NCBI GenBank assembly: GCA_000092065.1
Contig: CP000589.1
From: Ostreococcus lucimarinus
Lineage: Eukaryota
DNA length: 64,000 nucleotides
Strand: one strand, 5' to 3'
Both the position numbers and the translations under genes were made by a program. Below are positions 1-10,307 of the stretch, one piece after another. Each line of letters begins with the position of its first letter. Position 1 is the first letter of the stretch. The notes beneath the pieces were generated by a model. It searched no databases, was not told the DNA's origin, and saw only the letters and a program-made list of their open reading frames with translations.

Positions 1-90
1 GAGGAAGACGAGGACGAAGACGAGGAAGAGAGTTCAGAGGAAGAAGACGAAGACGAGGACGAGGAAGAAGACGATTCGGAATCAGAATGA
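1..90 (+). CDS. 3' end of an upstream gene entering the window; poly-acidic (Glu/Asp/Ser) C-terminal tail ending with TGA at 88-90
   Basis: Open frame from base 1 translating to EEDEDEDEEESSEEEDEDEDEEEDDSESE followed by a stop; codon usage matches neighbouring genes. Confidence 0.3.
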   Translation, partial: EEDEDEDEEESSEEEDEDEDEEEDDSESE

Positions 91-130
91 AGCGTCGAGA
101 GTTGCATTGCAATGCTAATACCTATCATCA

Positions 131-1807
131 CTAGAGAACGCCAGAGTTGACGAGACTGTCGATGAAGTTTGAGTTGAATTCTGTTTCGCTGAAAATGTCA
201 CTACGCGCGCGCGCGCGCGCTGAAATTTCCTCCCGCTCGGTTCGGCGCATGAGCAACAAGTGCTCGAGCGTTTCGGCGAAGGTCGCCACGCTATCCGCAG
301 TGAAACCTGTCGGGCCGTCGTGTTGGTCGCGTATGATATCGAGAAAAGGTCCGCCAGATGCGTGAGCGACGGGCACCGCGCCTGCCGCCATGTACTCGAC
401 GACACAAATACCGAAATGCTCGTCAATCATGGAGTGAAGGCCGATGGACGCGCGCGACAGCTCGCGCTTGACTTCGTCGTACGACACGTCGACGTGGAAC
501 TGAACGCTATCCTGGAGCTCCAGATCTTTGACACTTTGTTGCAAATCTGCCAAGCGCTCGCGGTCGGCTTCGTCACGGCATCCACCGACGAAGACCAAAA
601 TGGCGTTTTCAATCTTGCTCGATAATGTCTTGAACTTTTTCAAAGCCTTCCAGGCGGCGATTTGAACCACGTGCGCTTTTTCCGGTCGAAACTGCCCCAC
701 GCTAACAACGCGTATCGACGACTTGTCCTTTTTCACCGGCGTCCCGCGCGCGTTCAACCTCGGGCGCGTCAACGGGAGTTTGGACAAGTCTTCGACGTTG
801 CACGGGGGATACACCACCCGTGAATCAACCCGCCACAATGCGTCGATGTGCGATTTAGTCCACGAAGAGTTCACCATCACGCACTTACACGATCGTCCGC
901 ACCACCCGTACACGACGGCAAAGGCGCGGTAATAAAGTACCTTGAGGCCGCTCAAAAACTTGGACGACGCGAACAGGCGGCTGTTGTTGTACATCAGTCT
1001 TCCGCTCTCCACGCGCGCGATCATGTCCCTCGACACCGTCGGATAGTGCACGTACGCCACTGTTTGGCACCCAAACAGATATCGCGCGATCGGATACGTC
1101 GCCGCGTGTCCGACGGTATCCACGAACACATCCGGCGCGAACGTCCACAGCGCCTCGAGCCCGAGCCACGCGCCGCCGATAAACTGCCCCAATATCGTGC
1201 ACCGTTTGTACGTCTCCGCGCGCGCCCATCGCTCACGCGTGAGTCTGATAACGTTTATGGGCGCTCGCAACTCGATCCCGAACCGTTCGCGCGCGCGCGC
1301 GATGAGTTCGTCGCCGTCCTCGACGGGTTCGTCGCCTCGCGCCGACGTCGCGCCCGCGTACACGCAACACGTGACATCCCTTCCCTCCGTCGCTCTCCAT
1401 TCGCGCGTCTCGCGCGCACTGTTCGATCTCACGTCCGACCGCGCGTCCCGGCGCTCGTCCGCGCGCGACATCATCGCCGCCTCGCCTTCCTTCTCCGCCG
1501 CGTCGGCGTCGGCGTCGTCGCCTCGCGCGCCGCGCCGATCGCCATCGAAATCACCTCGCTGCGCCGCCGCGATCGCGGCGAACAGCACGCGTTCGCCGCC
1601 GCCACCGTCCCCACCGCTCGGGTGATAAAATCCAATCACTCTCCCGCGCCCCGCGCCGCGCACGACGCCGCGAACGCGCCGTCGCTGTTTCGCGCTCGTC
1701 TTAAACATCATCGCGACGTGCACGAGCGCGAGCGCGACGCACGCGCACAGCGCGGCGACGACGCGATCGCGCGCGGTCATCGCGTCGCTCGCGACGACGC
1801 GCGTCAT
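131..1807 (-). CDS. ALG11: GDP-Man:Man3GlcNAc2-PP-dolichol alpha-1,2-mannosyltransferase (ALG11, GT4 family)
   Basis: 558-aa ORF. N-terminal signal anchor (VVAALCACVALALVHVAMMF) followed by the ALG11-typical motif GFYHPSGGDGGGGERVLF. C-terminal GT4 retaining glycosyltransferase region (EHFGICVVEYMAAGAVPVAHASGGP). Confidence 0.8.
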   Translation of the reverse strand: MTRVVASDAMTARDRVVAALCACVALALVHVAMMFKTSAKQRRRVRGVVRGAGRGRVIGFYHPSGGDGGGGERVLFAAIAAAQRGDFDGDRRGARGDDADADAAEKEGEAAMMSRADERRDARSDVRSNSARETREWRATEGRDVTCCVYAGATSARGDEPVEDGDELIARARERFGIELRAPINVIRLTRERWARAETYKRCTILGQFIGGAWLGLEALWTFAPDVFVDTVGHAATYPIARYLFGCQTVAYVHYPTVSRDMIARVESGRLMYNNSRLFASSKFLSGLKVLYYRAFAVVYGWCGRSCKCVMVNSSWTKSHIDALWRVDSRVVYPPCNVEDLSKLPLTRPRLNARGTPVKKDKSSIRVVSVGQFRPEKAHVVQIAAWKALKKFKTLSSKIENAILVFVGGCRDEADRERLADLQQSVKDLELQDSVQFHVDVSYDEVKRELSRASIGLHSMIDEHFGICVVEYMAAGAVPVAHASGGPFLDIIRDQHDGPTGFTADSVATFAETLEHLLLMRRTEREEISARARARSDIFSETEFNSNFIDSLVNSGVL

Positions 1808-1833
1808 CGCCGGGTCGCGCGCGACGCGCGCGC

Positions 1834-2577
1834 GTGTGCGCGAGCGCGCGCACCGATCGCATCACTCGGCGTCGCGCATCGATGCGCGCGCGCGCGTCGA
1901 TACGCACGAACGACGCCGCGCGAACGATCGCGCGCACGCTCGCGCGCGCCCGTCGCGTCGACGCGCGCGCGCGCGCGCCGCTCGCGCGCGGGACGGCGGT
2001 GCGCGTCGGTGGCGGCGGCGACGCCATGGGACCGAACGTCACCGTGCGCGCGATCGAGACGGCGAGCGACGCGCAGAGGAAGGACCTGCACGTGGTTTTG
2101 GTGACGCCAAAGATTCCCGGGAACACCGGGTGCATCGCGCGGACGTGCGCGGCGTCGAGGGTGCCGCTGCACTTGGTGGCGCCGCTCGGATTTTCGCTCG
2201 ACGACGCGCAGTTGAAGCGCGCCGGGTTGGACTATTGGAAATCGGTGTGCGTCAAGGTGCACGATGATTGGGATGCGTTTTACGCGTATTGGCGCGAGCT
2301 CGGGGACGAGCGTGGGCGGTTGGTGGCGTTTTCAAAATTCGGCGCGCGGCCGCACGCGGAGGACGGCGCGTATCGACCGGGGGATTGGTTGTTGTTCGGC
2401 GCCGAGACCACGGGGCTGCCAGACGCGGCGATGGAGGCGTGCAAAGCCACGGGGGGGGTGCGTAGAATTCCCATCGACGAAAGTCACGTGAGGAGTTTGA
2501 ATTTGTCCGTGTCGTGCGGCATCGGCGTGTACGAGGCTTTGCGGCAACTCGACGGTTCGCCAACCGTGGACGAATGA
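1834..2577 (+). CDS. SpoU/TrmH-family tRNA (cytidine/uridine-2'-O)-methyltransferase, TrmL-like, with Arg/Ala-rich organellar presequence
   Basis: Colinear similarity to bacterial TrmL: VVLVTPKIPGNTGCIARTCAA ... LKRAGLDYW ... LLFGAETTGLP ... RIPIDESHVRSLNLSVSCGIGVYEA. The first 64 aa are presequence-like. An alternative start ATG at 2026 would give only the catalytic core. Confidence 0.7.
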   Translation: MCASARTDRITRRRASMRARASIRTNDAARTIARTLARARRVDARARAPLARGTAVRVGGGGDAMGPNVTVRAIETASDAQRKDLHVVLVTPKIPGNTGCIARTCAASRVPLHLVAPLGFSLDDAQLKRAGLDYWKSVCVKVHDDWDAFYAYWRELGDERGRLVAFSKFGARPHAEDGAYRPGDWLLFGAETTGLPDAAMEACKATGGVRRIPIDESHVRSLNLSVSCGIGVYEALRQLDGSPTVDE

Positions 2578-2661
2578 AATGAAACTACTGTATCCACATT
2601 GTTGTATTACAAGACGAGTTTTCGCTCGCGATTTCGAAATCCGACGCGCGCGCGCGCGCGC

Positions 2662-3231
2662 TCACGACCCGAGTTTGAACGCGTCGGCGATCAGGGAGTA
2701 ACAGTACCCGACCTTGAACCAGTTGAGAAATTCGAGCCATTTGTTCGTCTCGGCGCTCGCGTAATAAATCCGCGTCACCACCTCAAAAAACGCCACGCTC
2801 AGCGCTCCCGCGACGACGTCGTTGATCCCTATGGCCCCGAAGCTCAGCGTCATGACGTTTGCGAGATAGAACCCAAAGTACGCGCTGATGGCGCGCCAAA
2901 GCGTCACGCGATAATTTCTGCGCTGAAAGTACAGGTTGAACCGCCGCGGCAGCGACGTGAGCACCGACACCAGGCGGGTTTCGCGTTCGGCGCGCGCGAC
3001 GATGGCGTCGCGCGGACGCGACCGCGCGTGGCGACCGCGCGCGATGCCGCTCGAGCGCGCGGACGTCGCGCGCGCGACGAACGACGACGACGAAGCCTCG
3101 ACGCGCCGACGACGCGCGCGCGGGACGGCGACGACGCGCGACGACGCATCGAAGCGTCGCGCGAAGGATTTGGACGCGCTGGACGCGTCGATGCCGACGC
3201 CGCGCATCGCGCTTTCCAGCGCCGCCGTCAT
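2662..3231 (-). CDS. hypothetical membrane protein with transit-peptide-like N-terminus
   Basis: 189-aa ORF. Ser/Arg/Ala-rich N-terminus, then two or three hydrophobic helices with small-residue motifs (GFYLANVMTLSFGAIGINDVVAGALSVAFF). No family recognised. Confidence 0.35.
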   Translation of the reverse strand: MTAALESAMRGVGIDASSASKSFARRFDASSRVVAVPRARRRRVEASSSSFVARATSARSSGIARGRHARSRPRDAIVARAERETRLVSVLTSLPRRFNLYFQRRNYRVTLWRAISAYFGFYLANVMTLSFGAIGINDVVAGALSVAFFEVVTRIYYASAETNKWLEFLNWFKVGYCYSLIADAFKLGS

Positions 3232-3324
3232 CGCGAAGACGAGACGACGCGCGCGAGGCGGCGAGTGAGGCGGCGACGCGGCGGCGCAACCGCCGCGTCG
3301 AGTCGGTTTGGGTTGGGTTGTATT

Positions 3325-4344
3325 TCACGCGCGCGTGGCTGCGTCGTTGTAAAACGCGTACAGCGCGTCTCGCTCACCCATCTTGAGCGATAAGTTAGCG
3401 CGCGCGTAGTGGTCACCGTCTCGCTCGAGGTTGTCGATGATGTCCTCGAGCGAGTGCGCCCGCTCGCACGCGCATCCCTGCTCCTTGGCGCTGAGCGCTT
3501 GATAATGCACGTGAAAGTGATAAAACTGCGGAGGGTAGTGCACGAATACGCGCATTTCTTCCGCATTGACGCCGTAAATGTCTTCGATGACGGCGCGACC
3601 CTTGCGCAGCATCGCTCGAAGCAGCGGCAAATGCTCGGCGCGCGCGTCTCGCAAACTCTTAAAGTCTTCGCGAACGCACAAACCGAGGCAATATAAATCA
3701 GTCACGCTCGAGTGCGCGCGCCAAGTCGCGCGATCGGCGCCGTCGCAATCGGGATGTGTCGTCCATTTCGAGTCAACGTTGAGCAAAAAGTCGTCGTCGC
3801 AATGCAACAACCGCTCGCGTTCCTTTTCCAGACTCAAAATCTTTCGCACCCACGCCGTCGCTTCGCGCGGGATCGAAGCGATATACTTTTCGTGCGCCTT
3901 CGCGTACAACTCGGGTGTTTCTCGCACGCACACCAACTTTTGCGTCGAGCTTCGCGTGATGTGTTTCTTCAGCAACTTCGCCCGGCTCGTCTCGTCGGCG
4001 TCGAGCAAACATCCCGGATACAGCACGTCGCACTCGACGTCTTCGCCGCCGCTCGACGCCGACGTCGACGGCGCGAGCTCCCCGACGTAATACCCGTACT
4101 CTGCCCCGCTATACGGCGCGCGCGAACGCAAACGGATGCGTTCCAGCATCTCGCGCACGCCTCGCTCGTCGTGCGGCAACGGCACGCGCTGCAGCTTCAC
4201 CAATGCGTCGCTCGAGCAATTTGCAAACTGACCGAGAATCACCAATTTCCCCGCCGCATCGCGTCCATCGTTGATGATTTCGCGCACCGTGAACGTGGAC
4301 AAGTCTTCCAGCGCGTGCGGTGGCGCGGCGTCGGCGCGCGACAT
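3325..4344 (-). CDS. DCPS: scavenger mRNA decapping enzyme DcpS (m7GpppX diphosphatase, HIT family)
   Basis: 339-aa ORF. DcpS N- and C-terminal domains with histidine-triad motif FYHFHVHYQ near the C-terminus. Conserved blocks (LLHCDDDFLLNVDSKWT, DLYCLGL). Confidence 0.75.
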   Translation of the reverse strand: MSRADAAPPHALEDLSTFTVREIINDGRDAAGKLVILGQFANCSSDALVKLQRVPLPHDERGVREMLERIRLRSRAPYSGAEYGYYVGELAPSTSASSGGEDVECDVLYPGCLLDADETSRAKLLKKHITRSSTQKLVCVRETPELYAKAHEKYIASIPREATAWVRKILSLEKERERLLHCDDDFLLNVDSKWTTHPDCDGADRATWRAHSSVTDLYCLGLCVREDFKSLRDARAEHLPLLRAMLRKGRAVIEDIYGVNAEEMRVFVHYPPQFYHFHVHYQALSAKEQGCACERAHSLEDIIDNLERDGDHYARANLSLKMGERDALYAFYNDAATRA

Positions 4345-4401
4345 CGCGACCGCGCGCTGAACGCTGTTTAATGACGCGCCACGACGTCATTCAACGACGC
4401 C

Positions 4402-5418
4402 ATGTCGCTCACGATCGCGCGCTGTGTCTCCGCGAACGCGCGCATCACCGCCAACAAACGCAACACATCGCGCGCGAGCGTCCGCGCGCGTCGCAACGCC
4501 GCCAACTCGTCGCGCGGTCTCTCTCGCGCGCGCATTCAGTCGCCGTCTGTGACACGTCAGCATCACCAATCGTCGCGCGGTGCGGTCGCCGCGAACGCGC
4601 TGCCGGCGATGTCGGCGATTCTGAGCACGCACTACGCCCTGCCCGCGCTTTGGGCGGCGTGCGCGCCCGCGGTGGCGCTGGCGTACATCAACCCCATCTA
4701 CTCGTTCAGCATCGGATACGGATTGAGCATTCTGTTCGCTTCGGCGTTCGTGCATCAAGCACTCGTCGCGAGCGGGACGTTCGTGACGACGATGCTCGCG
4801 CTGCACGTCGCGGGCGGCGCGGCGTACGGCGCGCGGTTGGCGGCGTTTTTGTTTTATCGAAGCGTGACGTGGGACGAGTGGCGAGAACGCGCGAAGAACG
4901 CGCCGGAGGCGAACGCGAAGAGTTTCGCCAAGCAAACACTCGTCATCGCGCTGTGCTCGGCGTTGTACGCGATGATGAGTTCGCCGATGATGTGGCACGC
5001 GCAAAACGTGAACGCGGTGAACGCGGCCAAGTACGCGGGCGTCATCGCCGTCGGCTTGGCGCTCGAGTGGGTGGGGTTGATTCTCGAAGCCGTGGCGGAT
5101 CAGCAAAAGTTCAACTACAAAGCCACCGAGGAAGGGAAGACGAAGTGGTGCTCGAAAGGGCTGTATAAGTTTTGCCGTCATCCGAATTATCTCGGCGAGA
5201 TCATGTTCTGGGTGGGGTTGTACGTCGCGGGTTTTCCCGCCATGTTGACGCGACCGATCACGCTCGTGCCGTCTTCGCTCGGTTTACTCTTCATCGTGAA
5301 ACTGATGACGAGCGCGGCGAAGCGTGGGGATAAGAAACAGCTTGAGAAATACGGTGAGGACAACGCGGCATACAAAGCGTGGGTCGAATCGACGTGTTCG
5401 CTCGTTCCTGGAAATTAA
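4402..5418 (+). CDS. DUF1295 / steroid-5-alpha-reductase-like (ICMT-like) polytopic membrane protein
   Basis: Multiple TM helices. C-terminal conserved block KGLYKFCRHPNYLGEIMFWVGLY, typical of the DUF1295 / 3-oxo-5-alpha-steroid 4-dehydrogenase C-terminal domain. The Arg/Ser-rich first 69 aa look like a targeting peptide; alternative start ATG at 4609. Confidence 0.6.
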   Translation: MSLTIARCVSANARITANKRNTSRASVRARRNAANSSRGLSRARIQSPSVTRQHHQSSRGAVAANALPAMSAILSTHYALPALWAACAPAVALAYINPIYSFSIGYGLSILFASAFVHQALVASGTFVTTMLALHVAGGAAYGARLAAFLFYRSVTWDEWRERAKNAPEANAKSFAKQTLVIALCSALYAMMSSPMMWHAQNVNAVNAAKYAGVIAVGLALEWVGLILEAVADQQKFNYKATEEGKTKWCSKGLYKFCRHPNYLGEIMFWVGLYVAGFPAMLTRPITLVPSSLGLLFIVKLMTSAAKRGDKKQLEKYGEDNAAYKAWVESTCSLVPGN

Positions 5419-5474
5419 TACGACGGTCGAATCGACGTGTTCGCTCGTTTGTGGAAATTTGTACTCACATTTTA

Positions 5475-5933
5475 TCACAACTTCCCTTCCTTTCGCAGCT
5501 CCGCCTCTAACTCGGCCACCGCCTTCGCGTCTTCTTCGCTCAAATTATCCAAATCAATCTTCTCCACCTCCTTCTTCGCCTCGGCGCCGTACAGCGCCGC
5601 GTCGTACTTTTCAGGAAACGCCACCTTGGCGATCGTCCCGAAGATGAACACCGCCCCCACCACGGCGCCGTAGAGCGGAATCCCCACCTTCAGGCCGTTG
5701 ATGAACATTTGATCGAATCCCGAGGTGTCGATACCCGCGATCGCCACCTGCGCGACGTCCACGGCGGCGCAGCGCGTCGACACGCGCGCGGGAGTGGATA
5801 ACGCGACGGTGACGCGCCGTTGGGACGGGCGCGCGACGCGCTGGGCGCGCGCGTGGCGCTTGGACGCGCACGACGCGGTCGCACACGATGTGGACGTTCG
5901 GTTCGTACGTTGAGTGGCGCGGATAGCGTGCAT
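5475..5933 (-). CDS. small hypothetical membrane protein with targeting-peptide-like N-terminus and charged C-terminal helix
   Basis: 152-aa ORF. One hydrophobic segment (GIPLYGAVVGAVFIFGTIA) then KE-rich amphipathic tail. Codon usage gene-like. No confident family. Confidence 0.35.
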   Translation of the reverse strand: MHAIRATQRTNRTSTSCATASCASKRHARAQRVARPSQRRVTVALSTPARVSTRCAAVDVAQVAIAGIDTSGFDQMFINGLKVGIPLYGAVVGAVFIFGTIAKVAFPEKYDAALYGAEAKKEVEKIDLDNLSEEDAKAVAELEAELRKEGKL

Positions 5934-6045
5934 GGTGCGCAGGGGATGCGACGACGAATGCCGATGGTGAAGATATTTTTTAGCGTCTAGTCGCAGAGTT
6001 TTATTGATTGAGTTCTATCGCTTGGGCGTCGATCGCGACGTGGTT

Positions 6046-8625
6046 CTAGTCGTGGTCCATCGCAGTCCCATCGGCCGCGGCGCGTTTGGCCGCGGCCTCG
6101 GCTTCGATCTTAGCGTTGAGCGCCGCGTAATCGACGGGCGCGCCGCGGCGGCGCTTGCCGCTCGGCGCGGGGACGTCGGAGTCGGCCGCCGGGCGCTTTT
6201 CGCCCGAAGCGTCGGCGTCGAAATCAGCATCGCCGTCTACGTTCGCGGCGGCTTCGTTTTGTTCCTCGGCAAGACGCTCGAGGAAGGCGATGCGCTCGGC
6301 TTCGGCTTCGGCTTCGCGTTTTTCGCGAATCTCTCGACGCACGCGCAGTTCTTCGTTGAATTCAGCCTTGCTCGCCTCGGCGTCATACTTCTCGGCGTTG
6401 GGTTGGAACAGCGTGCGCACGTGAGCGGCGACAGAGCGACCAAACGCAGACACTGGACCACCCTGAATGCGATAGCCGCCTTCGAGGACGGAAATCACGC
6501 GGCCCTTTGCGTGCGAATTCGCAATCTTCATCAACTCCGTCGTAAGCCATTCGTAGTCTTGCTCTTTCACGCCCAAGTTTACAGGTCCTTGAATGTCATC
6601 CTTGGCGTGAGCGTCAAATCCGGCAGAAATGATGATAAGCTCGGGTTCGAAAGCGTTGATCGCGGGCAAAATCTTCCCCTTCCACACGCGACGCCACGCG
6701 GCGCCTCGCTCGGATTTCTTACCCGTGCCCTCCATGCCGACGTCCAAAACCCACGGTTGCTCGCCCCTGGCCGTGCTCACGCGGTTTTCGGCCTCGACAT
6801 GAATCGGATCTTCGACGACGCCGTCGTCCTCCCAGACCGCGGGCTCCTCCGTGTCCAAATCGTATTCACCCTTGGTGCTCTTCGTCGGCCCGGTGCCCGG
6901 ATAGAAGTGGTGCTGCAGCTCTTTGCGACCGTAACCGTGCACGGAGGCGAACATGACTTCCTCCGGGTCGGTTTCATCGAGCCATGGACGGTACATGTTC
7001 ATGGAGAACGTACCACCACCGATTGGTAATGAGTACTTGAATTGCGGCGCGCTCGGCGCGGTGTTTTGCACGCACGCCTCTGTTCCGTTTCCGTGATGCA
7101 CGTCAAAATCAACCAAAGCGATCCTACGAAGCGTTTTGCGGTGCACGCATCGCGCGTAAGCTGCAGCAACAGCGACGTTGTTTATCAAGCAAAAGCCGTG
7201 CGAACCAGTGCCAATAGGTTCGCTCGGCGTACCCACTGGACCGAGCGGACCGCTGTGGTGTCCGGGTGGACGCACGGCGCAAAAGACTTTATTCGTTTCG
7301 CCGGAGACGATTTTCTCCACTGCCTCGATCGTCGCTCCCGCCGCAGCGAGCGCAGCGTTGAAAGATTGCGAGCATACTGCGGTATCGCCGTCGATAGTGC
7401 CGATCGCTCGCGGAATCACGCGAATGTCAGGTAACTGTTCGCAAATCTTTTGCACTTTTCGCAGATACGCATACTCGTGACAGCGCAGTACATCCGCCCA
7501 CGCCGCTGGTTGCACGTCGGAAACGTATTCAACGTTCATATCTTCAAAATCTTTACCTCGCAAAGTACCGTTCGTGTTGTTAAGCAAGACGTTGAGACGG
7601 TTGACATTCTCTGGCGGCGGTTCATCCGCTGGGAGACGCGTGATGGGTGGACATGAGTGGTGCAAGAAGCACACGTCCGGGGCGATGATGACTCGCTTCA
7701 AATCTTCATCTGCCGCCGAAAGGACGGTAGCTTTCAATAATTTTGCAATCGTCGGTTGACCACGAGCCGCCGCGAGCTCGCCGGGCGTCTGTTGCTGCGC
7801 GTTCTTGTCCTTGGTCAACGCACCGTGAGATTTCAAAAGCAACTCAACACATTTTACGTCGCCTCCTCTTACCGCGCAGTGTAAAGCATTATCTTTGTTG
7901 TCGTTCTTGAGCGTTGGATCCGCACCATTCTTCAACAAGAAATCCACGACGTCGCCGCGACCGTATGCGCACGCCCAGTGCACCGGCCGATTTCGAGTCT
8001 TGTCGCGCAAATTCACATACACCTCCACCGTATCCTCCTCGTTCGGCGGCGTGAACTCGCTCACGAGATGCTGAACGATGGGTAAAACACCGTGCTGCGC
8101 CGCAACGGAAAGTGCCGTGCGTCCGTAATCGTCCTGCGTACACTCATTCTCCACGTGTGGCAACAACGCCTTGACGGCTTCGATGGCGAACGCCTCGTGC
8201 TTCTCGAAACCGCTCATCGCGCACGCGATGTGCATCGGTGGCGAACCTTCCAAAGTGACGTACGCTTTGGCCCCCGCCTCTAATAACGCTTTCAAGCACC
8301 CGATCGAGCCGTAGAGCAGAGCCACGTGCAACGGCGTCAATCCCTCGCGATCCGTACTGTTGACGCTGTACGAACGCCCTGCGTCACCAAACGCGCCGAA
8401 CGCAGGATTTCCATCCCTCTCCTCCTCGTCGTCCTCGTCGTCCTCGGCGTCGGGATTGAAATCTTCTTCATCCGACTCCTCCTCCTCCTCGTCGTCGTCA
8501 TCGTCGTTTCCTTCATCCTTACCCTCGTCGTCGTTCTCGTCTTCGTTTCCTTCAGCCGTCTTTGCCGCCGCGTCGTCGCCCTCCGTCACCACTGGCGGCG
8601 CGATCAACGCCGCGAGCGTCTCCAC
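6046..8625 (-). CDS. class II histone deacetylase (arginase/deacetylase fold) fused to N-terminal acidic region and ankyrin repeats
   Basis: 859-aa ORF. Asp/Glu-rich N-terminus. Ankyrin repeats (GLTPLHVALLYGSIGCLKALLEAGA, NALHCAVRGGDVKCVELLLKSHGA). HDAC catalytic blocks (CAVRPPGHHSG, GFCLINNVAVAAAYAR, IALVDFDVHHGNGTE, GGY). K/R-rich C-terminal tail. Confidence 0.8.
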   Translation of the reverse strand: METLAALIAPPVVTEGDDAAAKTAEGNEDENDDEGKDEGNDDDDDEEEEESDEEDFNPDAEDDEDDEEERDGNPAFGAFGDAGRSYSVNSTDREGLTPLHVALLYGSIGCLKALLEAGAKAYVTLEGSPPMHIACAMSGFEKHEAFAIEAVKALLPHVENECTQDDYGRTALSVAAQHGVLPIVQHLVSEFTPPNEEDTVEVYVNLRDKTRNRPVHWACAYGRGDVVDFLLKNGADPTLKNDNKDNALHCAVRGGDVKCVELLLKSHGALTKDKNAQQQTPGELAAARGQPTIAKLLKATVLSAADEDLKRVIIAPDVCFLHHSCPPITRLPADEPPPENVNRLNVLLNNTNGTLRGKDFEDMNVEYVSDVQPAAWADVLRCHEYAYLRKVQKICEQLPDIRVIPRAIGTIDGDTAVCSQSFNAALAAAGATIEAVEKIVSGETNKVFCAVRPPGHHSGPLGPVGTPSEPIGTGSHGFCLINNVAVAAAYARCVHRKTLRRIALVDFDVHHGNGTEACVQNTAPSAPQFKYSLPIGGGTFSMNMYRPWLDETDPEEVMFASVHGYGRKELQHHFYPGTGPTKSTKGEYDLDTEEPAVWEDDGVVEDPIHVEAENRVSTARGEQPWVLDVGMEGTGKKSERGAAWRRVWKGKILPAINAFEPELIIISAGFDAHAKDDIQGPVNLGVKEQDYEWLTTELMKIANSHAKGRVISVLEGGYRIQGGPVSAFGRSVAAHVRTLFQPNAEKYDAEASKAEFNEELRVRREIREKREAEAEAERIAFLERLAEEQNEAAANVDGDADFDADASGEKRPAADSDVPAPSGKRRRGAPVDYAALNAKIEAEAAAKRAAADGTAMDHD

Positions 8626-9024
8626 GTCGTCCGTCTCACAGCACGCGTGTAATGGCCTGTTTCATTCACACGTGCAGCGTCGTCGACGCACGCGCATCGT
8701 CAGTCACCGCGTCGTTTTCGTGTCGAAATCTTCAACAACGCGAATTCTCGAAATCTCGAGCGAAACGCATCACCGTTCGAGACGTACAGCGCGCGAGGGT
8801 CATCGTCGTCGTCGGAATACATCGATGCGAACATCAGCACGCTTCACGCGCGCGGCGGCACGCGCGACGCTCGGTGCGCGCGAATGTGAGGTCTCGCCTA
8901 GGAGTGTGAGGGATCTTCGCGGCACGCGCGAACTACGAATGAAAACAATTTCGCGATGTACAAGCAACGATGTGGACTAGTTCTTCATGAAAACAATTTC
9001 GCTATGAACAATCAACGGTGTGGA

Positions 9025-10242
9025 CTATTTCTTCGATTTCGTGAGCTGGCCGATTTGGAAGTGGATGATGTCGCCGTCTTTGACGACGTACGCCTTGCCC
9101 TCTTGGCGGTACTTGCCCGCCTCTTTCACCTCAGCCATCGAAGGCTTGGTGGCGATTGCGGCGAAGTCGTCGTACGAACACACTTCAGCCTTGATGAAGC
9201 CCTTCTCGAAATCGGTGTGAATGACGCCAGCGGCTTGAGGAGCGAGAGCACCGTTGTACACGGTCCAGCATCGCACTTCCTTCTCGCCCGCGGTGAAGAA
9301 GTACATGAGATTCAGTTCCTTGTACCCTTGCGTCACCATCTTTGGCAACGCCGATTTCGCGCCTTCGTTTTCTTCGTAAAACGCCGAGCGCAGCGACTCG
9401 TCGTCGCCCAAATCGAACAGCTCTTGTTCAAATTCGACGGAAAACGGAATCATGATACCGCCGCCATGTTGCTGCACCCAGGCGTGAATCTTCGGCAGCC
9501 ACTTGTTCTTTTTGCGTACGTAGTCCCGTTTACTCAGGTTGACGAGATAAATCATCGGTTTGGTGGTCAACAACGCGGGCAGTTTGTCTTTAATCATCTC
9601 CACCTCCGGCGTGTTCCACTCTCCGGTTCGAATCGCCAAGTTATTTTCTAACATTTCCGTGCACCGCGCCATCGTGTCCTTGAACAACGCCGAGAGTTTC
9701 ATCGTCGGGTTCTTCTTGACGTCTCGCTCCTCGTCCGCGATCGCCCGCTTCACCGTCTCCAAATCCTTCAAGCACAGTTCCGCGGTGATGGTTTCCAAAT
9801 CACGCACCGGATCGATCTCATCATCCACGTGCACCACCTCCGGGTCGTCGAACGCTCGCACCACGTGAAATATGCCATCCGTCGCCATGATGTTGCTCAA
9901 GAACGCGTTCCCCAAGCCAGCGCCCGAAGACGCGCCTCGCACCAAGCCCGCGATGTCGGTCACGCTCAGAAACGCTGGATACTCGCTCGCGGGCTTCCAC
10001 ATGGAGACTAATCGATCGTATCGCGCGTCAGGGACCGGGCACCGCGCTTCATTCGGGTCGATGGTGCAGAATGGATAGTTCTCCGCCGCGATGGATTGCT
10101 CGGTCAAGATGTTAAACAGGCTCGACTTGCCGACGTTGGGCAGGCCGACGATGCCCATGCGAAGGTTGTTTCGCACGCGACCGAACTTGGCCGCGCCGAC
10201 GTCGTCGGCGCCGTCGTCGGCGGTTTTCTTTTTCGGCGGCAT
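9025..10242 (-). CDS. OLA1: Obg-like ATPase 1 (OLA1/YchF)
   Basis: Starts MPPKKK as in OLA1. Walker A GIVGLPNVGKSSLFNILT. Full YchF/OLA1 colinear similarity including the C-terminal TGS-like domain. The ORF extends to 10281, but the MPPKK start at 10242 is preferred. Confidence 0.85.
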   Translation of the reverse strand: MPPKKKTADDGADDVGAAKFGRVRNNLRMGIVGLPNVGKSSLFNILTEQSIAAENYPFCTIDPNEARCPVPDARYDRLVSMWKPASEYPAFLSVTDIAGLVRGASSGAGLGNAFLSNIMATDGIFHVVRAFDDPEVVHVDDEIDPVRDLETITAELCLKDLETVKRAIADEERDVKKNPTMKLSALFKDTMARCTEMLENNLAIRTGEWNTPEVEMIKDKLPALLTTKPMIYLVNLSKRDYVRKKNKWLPKIHAWVQQHGGGIMIPFSVEFEQELFDLGDDESLRSAFYEENEGAKSALPKMVTQGYKELNLMYFFTAGEKEVRCWTVYNGALAPQAAGVIHTDFEKGFIKAEVCSYDDFAAIATKPSMAEVKEAGKYRQEGKAYVVKDGDIIHFQIGQLTKSKK

Positions 10243-10307
10243 CGCGGTGCGTCGGCGAGTGGCGGCGGCGGCGCGCGACACTCCGCGACGACGCGCGACG
10301 GACCGTC

